Assembly: GCA_963718915.1 (NCBI GenBank)
Contig: CAVRAI010000004.1
Span: 210,001 to 242,000 of the forward strand
DNA length: 32,000 nt
Direction of reading: 5' to 3'
Origin: an uncultured Chloroflexia bacterium
GTDB lineage: Bacteria; Chloroflexota; Ktedonobacteria; Ktedonobacterales; JADMIN01
Shown piece by piece: positions 9,488 through 19,054 of the stretch. The stretch's first letter is position 1, and each line of letters opens with the position of its first letter. The translations under genes were made by a program, and so were the position numbers. Below the pieces are notes generated by a model. The model was given only the letters and a program-made list of their open reading frames with translations. It was not told where the DNA came from and made no database searches.

Positions 9488-9637
9488 CGAAGATGGCGCG
9501 GTACGATCCTCACTGGTTGGCCACGTCACCGTAATTGCCCGGATTCCTGACAACCGTGCGGGCAATGTACCTGCTGCGTCTCAATTGCATCAGTCGCATG
9601 AGTGGCACGGTACTCCACAATACTTCAGGAGGTACGT

Positions 9638-10012
9638 GTGGTTCCGACAGGATATCTCTTCGCCGCCCTTTTCTTTCTCGGTGGATGCGCGTTTGTCATG
9701 GGCGGACTGGTTACCTTCGATATCGTCAACCGATTGCTGACGAAGCGACCCCATCGCGAGCCGAGCAAGTGGGATACGTACGAGTCTGGTGAGACGCCGA
9801 TTGGCTCGGCGTGGGTTCAGTTTCCCCTTGCCTTCTATATCTTTGCCATGCTCTTTGTCGCGTTCGATGTCGATATCGTGTTCATCCTCGCCTGGGCGGT
9901 GATCTTTCAGCAGTTGTCCTGGTTCGGATTTGTGGAGATCGCCTTCTTTATCGCCGTGCTGGCGCTGGGTCTGGTCTACGCCTGGCGGAAAGGGGTTATC
10001 CGTTGGATATAG
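9638..10012 (+). CDS. nuoA: NADH-quinone oxidoreductase subunit A
   Basis: YESGETPIGSAWVQFPLAFYIFAMLFVAFDVDIVFILAW is the NuoA/ND3 core. The start is placed at GTG 9638 because AGGAGG (9627-9632) lies 5 nt upstream. The track ORF starts at GTG 9602. Confidence 0.85.
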   Translation: MVPTGYLFAALFFLGGCAFVMGGLVTFDIVNRLLTKRPHREPSKWDTYESGETPIGSAWVQFPLAFYIFAMLFVAFDVDIVFILAWAVIFQQLSWFGFVEIAFFIAVLALGLVYAWRKGVIRWI

Positions 10013-10776
10013 CGCCTCGGGCAGCGGGAGCCACCAGCGCGCCGTCGCTGCTTGCCTATGACCGCGACCATATCAATGAACTGCTCAACGCGCTCGCTCA
10101 ACTCGACGAGCAAGTCGGCCAACCGGTTCCCAAGCGTCGTCTGAATGATGGCATCGTGGGGATCGAGATCGCGCCGGAGTTGGTGGTTGAAACGGGTCGC
10201 TTTCTGCATGATGTTTTGGCCTTCGAGATGCTCACCTCTATCGCTGGTGTGGACATGATCGAACATCTGGAGTCCATCTATGCGTTCCGCTCGATCAGCC
10301 GAAACTGGCTGGTGCAGATGCGCGTGAAAACGCCATCCAACGACCCGCAGATTCAATCGCTCGTCAGCGTCTATTCATCCGCGAACTGGCTTGAGCGCGA
10401 GACCTACGACCTGTATGGTATTCGCTTTGTTGGGCATCCTGACCTGCGGCGCATGCTGCTCGAAGACGACTTCGAGGGGCATCCCCTTCTCAAGAGCTTC
10501 ATGACGACACCCGCAGTGGTGCATGATCGCGCGACGACGCAGGTTGATGCGATTCGGGCGGTCTCTGGCGAGCAACAGCGCAAGCAGGAGCGCGTTGTCC
10601 TCAAGCGGCTGGGCCAGGGGCAGCAGGAGCGCATTCACCCTGGCATGACAACGTTCGGCAATGAGGCGGTCTTCCTCGAAACGGGCCAGGGTGTAGGCTC
10701 CGATGCAAATGCGATGCACGGCTACACCATTGACGAACAATACCTCGATCCCGCAGCGAAGCCCCAGGAGGAATAA
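10003..10776 (+). CDS. nuoC: NADH-quinone oxidoreductase subunit C (30-kDa subunit) with a C-terminal extension
   Basis: The sequence contains FLHDVLAFEMLTSIAGVDM...SVYSSANWLERETYDLYGIRFVGHPDLRRMLLEDDFEGHPLLKSF. No ATG or GTG lies between the nuoA stop and the conserved N-terminal region. The best start is TTG 10003, preceded by GAAAGGGG and overlapping the nuoA stop. The alternative is GTG 10156. The 5' part of track ORF 9811..10776 is read-through inside nuoA. Confidence 0.75.
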   Translation: MDIAPRAAGATSAPSLLAYDRDHINELLNALAQLDEQVGQPVPKRRLNDGIVGIEIAPELVVETGRFLHDVLAFEMLTSIAGVDMIEHLESIYAFRSISRNWLVQMRVKTPSNDPQIQSLVSVYSSANWLERETYDLYGIRFVGHPDLRRMLLEDDFEGHPLLKSFMTTPAVVHDRATTQVDAIRAVSGEQQRKQERVVLKRLGQGQQERIHPGMTTFGNEAVFLETGQGVGSDANAMHGYTIDEQYLDPAAKPQEE

Positions 10777-10779
10777 GAC

Positions 10780-11931
10780 ATGGCCACCGATACTCATGCG
10801 GATCCGGCTGGCTTCTTTGAAGACGCTAGCGGGCTGCGTAGCGAGGAAATGATCCTCAATATGGGGCCGCAGCACCCCTCGACAAGCGGCGTGTTGCGTC
10901 TCGTGCTGACGCTGGATGGCGAGACGGTCATTCAGTGTACGCCGGTCATCGGCTATCTGCATCGTGGGATGGAGAAGATTTTCGAGAACCGTCCCTACAT
11001 CCACGGCGCGCGCTACATCGACAATGCCGACTATCTCAACCCGATGATTAATGAGACGGCTTACGTCGGCGCCATCGAAGCGATTATGGGCATCGAGCCG
11101 CCGCGGCGCGCTCAGTACATCCGTCTGCTCGTCAGCGAGATGGCCCGTATCGCCAGCCATCTGGTCGCGATAGGCACGTATGGTCTGGACCTGGGCGCGT
11201 TTACGCCAATTCTCTGGTGCTTCCGCGACCGTGAAGGCATCATGGACATGTTCGAGTCGCTCAGCGGCCACCGCTTTACCCATAACTACATGCGGCCCGG
11301 CGGCGTGGTGCATGACTTCCCTCGCGGCTGGATGCAGCAGTGTGAGGCCTGGCTGGATCGCTTCGAGAAGGTCAGCATCCCTGAATTGCATGAACTGCTG
11401 ACCGGGAACGAAATCTTTGACGCGCGCACCCAGGGCGTCGGCTATATCGACCCACAGCAGGCAGTCTCATACGGGGTGACTGGTCCCAATCTGCGCGCCT
11501 CCGGTGTCGTCTTCGATCTGCGCGTTGCTCGGCCATACGGGGCGTACCGTGAAATTGCCGTTCGACCTCAGGTGCGACAGGAAGGCGACTGCTTCGCTCG
11601 GTACGCCGTGCGCATGCAGGAGATGGCCGAGAGCGTGCGCTTGTGTCGGATCGCGTTGGAAAAGATGCCCGGTGGCTCGATCTCGCAGCGCGTGCCACTG
11701 GCGCTCCGCCCCCCGCGTGGCGAGGCGTACTATGCCGTCGAGACGGGCCGTGGTGAGTTGGGCATCTACATGATTAGCGATGGCTCGGAATATCCGTGGC
11801 GCGCCAAGATTCGGTCGCCTTCATTCCTGAACCTGCAAATTTTGCCAGAGCTGCTGCGTGGCAACAAGATTGGCGACGTCATCGCCATTCTGGGCAGCAT
11901 TGATATTGATCTCGGCGACGTGGATCGCTAA
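10780..11931 (+). CDS. nuoD: NADH-quinone oxidoreductase subunit D (49-kDa subunit)
   Basis: AGGAGG RBS. The N-terminal motif is MILNMGPQHPSTSGVLRLVLTLDGE. The C-terminal region is VETGRGELGIYMISDGSEYPWRAKIRSPSFLNLQ...GSIDIDLGDVDR. Confidence 0.9.
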   Translation: MATDTHADPAGFFEDASGLRSEEMILNMGPQHPSTSGVLRLVLTLDGETVIQCTPVIGYLHRGMEKIFENRPYIHGARYIDNADYLNPMINETAYVGAIEAIMGIEPPRRAQYIRLLVSEMARIASHLVAIGTYGLDLGAFTPILWCFRDREGIMDMFESLSGHRFTHNYMRPGGVVHDFPRGWMQQCEAWLDRFEKVSIPELHELLTGNEIFDARTQGVGYIDPQQAVSYGVTGPNLRASGVVFDLRVARPYGAYREIAVRPQVRQEGDCFARYAVRMQEMAESVRLCRIALEKMPGGSISQRVPLALRPPRGEAYYAVETGRGELGIYMISDGSEYPWRAKIRSPSFLNLQILPELLRGNKIGDVIAILGSIDIDLGDVDR

Positions 11932-11952
11932 TACGGCTGATACGGAGGGCGT

Positions 11953-13254
11953 ATGAACGACGTCGTACAGAACATCATCCACTTCGTCGTCACTTTTATC
12001 TTCTCGCTCATCTTCCTGATGGCGGCGGCGACGATCATGGTCTACTGGGAACGCAAACTCATGGCGTTCATGCAGGATCGTGTCGGGCCTCTCCATTACG
12101 GGCCTCAGGGCACGCTCCAGACCATCTTTGACGTCATAAAGCTCATGTTCAAAGAGGACGTCAGGCCTGGCAAGACAGACTTCGTCGTCTTTCGTCTTGC
12201 GCCAATGATCTTCTTTGCTCCGGTGATTACCGCGTTTGTGGTGCTGCCGTTCTCGCCCTATCTGACGGCTGGCGCGCTGGCTACTGGCATCATCTACTAT
12301 GTCGCGCTCAGCTCGATTGACGTGATCGGCGTGTTCATGGCGGGCTGGGGCTCGAATAACAAGTATGCGCTGATCGGTGGTCTGAGGTCGGCGGCGCAGA
12401 TGATCTCATATGAGCTTCCGCTGGTGCTCTCCATCGTCCCGGTGGTGATGCTGACGAGCGTTCTTACGCCAGCGTGCAGCGGTTCCTTGCCGGACCTCAA
12501 CGTCTGTGGCGTTGGCTCGATCTCCTTCACGCAGGTTATCGCGTCGCAGATGCGGCCCGAAGCCCCCTGGCTCTGGTTCATCCTGCTTCAGCCGCTTGGG
12601 CTGCTCATCTATTATACCTGCGGGCTGGCCGAGACCAATCGTTCGCCATTCGATCTGCCCGAGGCTGAATCCGAACTGGTCGCAGGCTATCTCACGGAAT
12701 ATAGCGGCCTGCGCTGGGCGATGTTCTTCCTGGGTGAGTATGGCAATATGGCTATCGTTTCGGCGGTGGCGACCGCGCTCTTCCTTGGCGGATGGTCGGG
12801 TCCGGGCGCGGCTATTGGCTTCTGGACTGGCCTGTTTGGAAGCTTCTGGGGGCAGGTGGTCTTCAATATCATCTGTGTCTTCTGGTTCGTCTTCAAAATG
12901 GGCGCGCTGCTGACGCTCTTTGTCTGGATTCGCGCGACGCTGCCACGCCTACGCGCCGACCAGTTGATGCGGTTCGCGTGGCTCTTCCTGATCCCACTGA
13001 CGCTTTTCAATATCCTGCTGACAGGCGCGTTGCTGCTGCTGCCGGTGGGTGATGTCGCGCGGATTGCTATCTCGGCAGTCGCGAACTGGCTGCTGATGTT
13101 TATCTTCATCTTCACCTTCCGCCGCGTGACTGGTGTGAACCCGCTCGGGCGACTTCCCATCTGGCTGCGTGGGCGCACTCCCACGGCACATACCAATCGC
13201 CCGGCGACTGCGGAGGCAAAGGCGAAGGGCGTGCTGGCCGAGACGCATCGCTAA
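11953..13254 (+). CDS. nuoH: NADH-quinone oxidoreductase subunit H with a C-terminal extension
   Basis: VYWERKLMAFMQDRVGPLHYGPQGTLQTIFDVIKLMFKED... and AETNRSPFDLPEAESELVAGYLTEYSG are the NuoH/ND1 signatures. A GGAGGG RBS is present. Confidence 0.9.
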   Translation: MNDVVQNIIHFVVTFIFSLIFLMAAATIMVYWERKLMAFMQDRVGPLHYGPQGTLQTIFDVIKLMFKEDVRPGKTDFVVFRLAPMIFFAPVITAFVVLPFSPYLTAGALATGIIYYVALSSIDVIGVFMAGWGSNNKYALIGGLRSAAQMISYELPLVLSIVPVVMLTSVLTPACSGSLPDLNVCGVGSISFTQVIASQMRPEAPWLWFILLQPLGLLIYYTCGLAETNRSPFDLPEAESELVAGYLTEYSGLRWAMFFLGEYGNMAIVSAVATALFLGGWSGPGAAIGFWTGLFGSFWGQVVFNIICVFWFVFKMGALLTLFVWIRATLPRLRADQLMRFAWLFLIPLTLFNILLTGALLLLPVGDVARIAISAVANWLLMFIFIFTFRRVTGVNPLGRLPIWLRGRTPTAHTNRPATAEAKAKGVLAETHR

Positions 13255-13292
13255 CTGTGCGTGCTGACTGTGCATGCTGACTGTGCGTGCTA
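13254..13292 (+). repeat. Tandem 13-nt repeat x3 (ACTGTGCRTGCTG) starting in the nuoH stop codon
   Basis: Read directly: actgtgcgtgctg / actgtgcatgctg / actgtgcgtgcta. A small hairpin, GGCTGG-ttgattg-CCAGCC, follows. Confidence 0.85.
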
Positions 13293-13305
13293 GGTGGCTG
13301 GTTGA

Positions 13306-13334
13306 TTGCCAGCCAGACGGATATGGCATATACT
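13306..13334 (+). promoter_or_regulatory. Sigma-70-type promoter candidate for the valS leader
   Basis: TTGCCA (13306-13311), a 17-nt spacer, then TATACT (13329-13334). Confidence 0.45.
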
Positions 13335-13340
13335 GAATAG

Positions 13341-13622
13341 CGTGTTTGCAACTGGCGATGACCAGGAGGAGTAGGCGGGAACGCGCCACAAGAGACGGGA
13401 AGCCACTGGCTGAGAGCTTCCCCTGGCAGTGCGCCCGCGCGAAGTGACCTGCGAGCTAGTGCGGTGAACGATTCTCAGAGAATCCTAGCCGCATATGGGA
13501 TGCGCCCATTATCGCGCGATTGAGGCGAGCGTGCCGCTACAAGGTTATCGGCGGTAGTTCGCGAACAAGGGTGGTACCACGAGTCTTCTCGTCCTTTCAG
13601 GGAGAAGGCTCGTTTTGTTTTT
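13341..13622 (+). promoter_or_regulatory. T-box riboswitch leader, valine specifier (GUG), transcription-attenuation type
   Basis: The conserved T-box sequence AAGGGTGGTACCACG lies at 13567-13581. A GAUGA K-turn-like element is at 13357-13361 and an AGAGA bulge motif at 13391-13395. The specifier-loop candidate GAA-GUG-A has its GUG at 13444-13446, followed by a purine. A terminator hairpin plus U-run sits immediately 3' of the T-box. The leader lies directly upstream of valS. Confidence 0.8.
13581..13622 (+). terminator. T-box leader terminator (intrinsic)
   Basis: GAGTCTTCTC-gtcctttcagg-GAGAAGGCTC is a 10-bp stem with one G.U pair. GTTTTGTTTTT follows it. Confidence 0.75.
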
Positions 13623-13660
13623 CCGCGGTATGTACGGCGGACGGAGGAAAGGGCTGGAAT

Positions 13661-16378
<2,718 letters not shown>

Positions 16379-16655
16379 GCGGGCGAACTGGGAGAGATGG
16401 GCTAGCGTCTCAGCGACAGGTTGTACGATAGCCCATCATCAGGATGGTTCAGGATGGCATGGACAGTCGTGGCAGCGAGGAGTCGGAGGCCGATGGATCG
16501 AAAGGCACCCAGGCGGCGTTTGACGTGGTTTGGGAAGTCGCGTCCCGGTACCGTTGGCGGGTTCTGGCGGCGTACGCCACAGAGCGGCAACGAGCCTGAT
16601 ACCTTGATGGCTTCGCCGACGCGCGAGCAGGCAGAGTCGCAAGCTAAGGTATCAC

Positions 16656-16697
16656 GATGGCCAACGCTGCCGAGATGGCCATCGCTGCCGAAATGGT
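16656..16697 (+). repeat. Tandem 18-nt repeat, about 2.3 copies (ATGGCCANCGCTGCCGAR)
   Basis: atggccaacgctgccgag / atggccatcgctgccgaa / atggtc. In the frame of the long ORF this encodes WPTLPRWPSLPKWSPLP. Confidence 0.8.
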
Positions 16698-16717
16698 CTC
16701 CACTACCAGGAGGAGCA

Positions 16718-17395
16718 ATGGGATCAGTTGATGATGAGTCGCTTGCCACGTCGAACGAGACCCATCAGACCGACCCTCAGTTGGCCCCACCATGGGAGCA
16801 GCCTGCTTCCGATACGTCGGACGCTCAGCGTGTTCCGCCGTTTACTCCCTGGCGATTCTGGTTGGCTTCTCGCAGTCAGCAGGTAGGCCTGGCGGCGATT
16901 GTGGGCATTCTCATACTCGCGGCTCTGCTTGGCAGGATTCTACTTGGCGACATTTTCCCCTCAGACACGCCTGATACCGGCACGATAACGCCGACCACCG
17001 GGCGCGTAGCGCATGTCGTGGCGCCATCCACAGTGGCTGCCCCGACGCCAGTTCCTACGTCAGTTCCATCCCCCACAGTAGCGCCTGTGCGCAACACCCC
17101 CGCGCCGGCGTTCTCCATTGCATTCACCTGCGCCAGCGGGGTCATCTTCGGGCGAGGGATGGTATGCATACACACACGTCCTGACGCTGCGGTGAGCCTG
17201 TCCGTGCGCTATTGTGATGGCAGTTACGCTGGAGGGAAAGACCTGCGCGGCAATGCACACGCAGATGGCAGCGGCAACTATACCTGGCGGTGGATTGTCA
17301 TCACCTCGTGCGCCGGAAAAGCCACCGCGACGGTGACGGCCAAATCCTCCGGGCAAACTGTCACGAAGAGCACGACATTCATCGTTACCCGCTGA
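16718..17395 (+). CDS. Single-pass membrane protein with Pro/Thr linker and Cys-containing beta-rich ectodomain (hypothetical)
   Basis: AGGAGG lies 6 nt upstream of ATG 16718. The TM segment is VGLAAIVGILILAALLGRILLG, followed by a TPTTG...PTPVPTSVPSPTVAP linker. The alternative start ATG 16607 would add the WPxLP repeats. The track start at 16421 is unlikely. Confidence 0.5.
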   Translation: MGSVDDESLATSNETHQTDPQLAPPWEQPASDTSDAQRVPPFTPWRFWLASRSQQVGLAAIVGILILAALLGRILLGDIFPSDTPDTGTITPTTGRVAHVVAPSTVAAPTPVPTSVPSPTVAPVRNTPAPAFSIAFTCASGVIFGRGMVCIHTRPDAAVSLSVRYCDGSYAGGKDLRGNAHADGSGNYTWRWIVITSCAGKATATVTAKSSGQTVTKSTTFIVTR

Positions 17396-17557
17396 AGATT
17401 ACGAGCGCCGATCCCTCCCTGTAGCCGTAGGGAAAGTCGCGCACTCGCCATACTTCACAAGTGTTTCCGTTTTTCTCGATCAGCGGAGAATAACGTTGTT
17501 AGCGGACGGAGTGGCTTCCAGTTCAACGCGAGACAGTACTGGGCATCATCCCCCTTA

Positions 17558-17586
17558 TTGCGGAGGTTCAGGCGCAATGATATAAT
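17558..17586 (+). promoter_or_regulatory. Sigma-70-type promoter candidate for rpsF-ssb-rpsR
   Basis: TTGCGG (17558-17563), a 17-nt spacer, then consensus TATAAT (17581-17586). This predicts a leader of about 175 nt. Confidence 0.55.
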
Positions 17587-17766
17587 GAGCGATGTGGCTT
17601 TGCGAGCCAGCGGCGTTGTCATGCCAGCGCGCATGTATCGCCACACCACAGACGCCGGTTTGTCCGATGCGTCTGAACCCAATATCCTGCCCCGTTATAC
17701 CACCGTGCGTCTCATGCGGGCGCGGCGTGAAGCCAACGGGAGCAAACCCACAGGAGAGGAGACCGC

Positions 17767-18351
17767 ATGGCGCGGGATCGTGACTACGAGCTGGGAATTA
17801 TTATCAACCCTGATGTAGGCGAAGAACAGGCTCGGGCTATCGTCGAGCGCATCAGTCAGTCCATCATCAACAATGGCGGACAGGTGGTTCGCGTGAATGC
17901 CTGGGGGCGTCGTCGTATGATGTATCCCATCCAGCATCACCGTGATGGCCTGTACTATTTCTTCGACCTCATCATGCCGACAGCGGCGGTGGTTGAGATT
18001 GAACGCGGACTACGTGTGAATGAAGATGTCATGCGCCATCTCATGAAGGTGCGTGATCCCAAAGTAGTGGCGCAACAGCGCCAGCGCGCGCTGGAAGACG
18101 ATCGCGCCGCCGAAGAGGCTCGCGCCCGTGCCGTCGCCGCGGCTGCGGCGGCCGCCGCAGCTCAGCCAGCCGCTGAGACCCCGGTCGAAGTTCCGGCTGC
18201 GGAGGAGCCAGTGGCCGAGGAGCCAGTGGCCGAGGAGCCAGTGGCCGTGGAGGTCGAGGCTGATACCGATGTCCCTACTGAGGCCGACGTCACGGCCGAG
18301 GCCAGCGAACCAGAAGCCACCGCCGACGTATCAGAGTCGGATGCATCATAG
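17767..18351 (+). CDS. rpsF: 30S ribosomal protein S6 with a long Ala/Glu/Pro-rich acidic C-terminal tail
   Basis: YELGIIINPDVGEEQARAIVERISQSI...VNAWGRRRMMYPIQHHRDGLYYFFDL is the S6 core of about 100 aa. About 90 additional residues follow. A GGAGAGGAG RBS is present. Confidence 0.9.
   Translation: MARDRDYELGIIINPDVGEEQARAIVERISQSIINNGGQVVRVNAWGRRRMMYPIQHHRDGLYYFFDLIMPTAAVVEIERGLRVNEDVMRHLMKVRDPKVVAQQRQRALEDDRAAEEARARAVAAAAAAAAAQPAAETPVEVPAAEEPVAEEPVAEEPVAVEVEADTDVPTEADVTAEASEPEATADVSESDAS
18202..18246 (+). repeat. Perfect tandem 15-nt repeat x3 (GAGGAGCCAGTGGCC) inside rpsF
   Basis: Read directly. It encodes EEPVA x3 in the S6 tail. Confidence 0.9.
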
Positions 18352-18420
18352 CCGCGAGTGATCGGCTCCCAAATGGAGGGACCGCAGAGGGCGGCTAGAT
18401 TTCTGAAGGGAACGGCTGTC

Positions 18421-18828
18421 ATGCTGAACAAGATTATGCTCATCGGCAATTTGGGACGCGACCCGGAGTTGAGCTATACGCCCAGCGGCAAAGCCATCGC
18501 GAAGTTCTCGCTGGCCGTAAGCCGGCGACGGCGTGATCCTGAGAGTGGCGAGCAGCGCGAGGAAACCCAGTGGTTCAACGTCGTCGCCTGGGATCGGCTG
18601 GCGGAGACTTGCAATAACTTTCTGCACAAAGGGTCAAAGGTGTATATTGAGGGGCGTATGACCTCTCGCAAGTATACCGATAAAGACGGCGTCGAGCGAA
18701 CTGCCTGGGAAGTAACCGCGACCGATATGCAGTTTCTCGAACCGAAGGGCGCGGGCGGATCAGGTGGCGGCTCTGGTGGTGGTTCTGGCTACAGCGATGA
18801 GATGGGCGCCGACGACGTTCCCTTCTAG
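18421..18828 (+). CDS. ssb: Single-stranded DNA-binding protein
   Basis: MLNKIMLIGNLGRDPELSYTPSGKAIAKFSLAV...WFNVVAWDRLAE is the OB fold. A Gly-rich linker (GGSGGGSGGGSG) follows, and the acidic tip is DDVPF. The start is placed at ATG 18421 rather than the track start at 18358. Confidence 0.9.
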   Translation: MLNKIMLIGNLGRDPELSYTPSGKAIAKFSLAVSRRRRDPESGEQREETQWFNVVAWDRLAETCNNFLHKGSKVYIEGRMTSRKYTDKDGVERTAWEVTATDMQFLEPKGAGGSGGGSGGGSGYSDEMGADDVPF

Positions 18829-18850
18829 CGTGATAGTCCCGTGATAGTCC
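18829..18850 (+). repeat. Tandem 11-nt direct repeat x2 (CGTGATAGTCC) immediately after the ssb stop
   Basis: Read directly: cgtgatagtcc cgtgatagtcc. Confidence 0.85.
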
Positions 18851-19054
18851 ATTGAGCGTGTTTTTGGAACCGCGCAGACCCGCGCCGCGTTGTGATAATG
18901 ATGAATGCGGCACGGGGATATGGTGGGTTAACCCACTGCCCTGCGCACTCCGCCTTTGCGGGCGGAGCAATGATGTACGTGCCGGTTCGCCCTGCGAAGG
19001 CGTCAATGCGCCAGGCGAATCGGCAATCCCATACGTTACGAGGAGCACATACGC

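Noticed and set aside
9811-10002. N-terminal 64 aa of track ORF 9811..10776, which would make a 321-aa NuoC overlapping most of nuoA
   Set aside because: This stretch is the alternative frame of the nuoA coding sequence and shows no NuoC similarity. The NuoC-like sequence starts only after about 10040.
9073-10012. Search for a hidden nuoB between the promoter region and nuoC
   Set aside because: No frame contains the NuoB Cys pattern (CCxxE ... GxCxxxGG ... C-P), and there is no unassigned coding space. The absence appears real within this window.
13254-13292. CRISPR array, considered for this and the other tandem repeats (16656, 18202, 18829, 19103, 25283)
   Set aside because: The units are 9-18 nt and directly abutting, with no spacers. 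Most are in-frame coding repeats. No cas genes are present.
16397-16436. ATGGGCTA...TAGCCCAT inverted repeat after valS, considered as an intrinsic terminator
   Set aside because: It has an 8-bp stem but a 24-nt loop and no T-tract. It is too weak to call.
16656-16730. 24-codon upstream ORF MANAAEMAIAAEMVSTTRRSNGIS as a real leader peptide
   Set aside because: It has no RBS, and it is built from a tandem duplication that also reads as a plausible repeat in the main frame. The evidence is insufficient, so it is kept only as an alternative in a finding.
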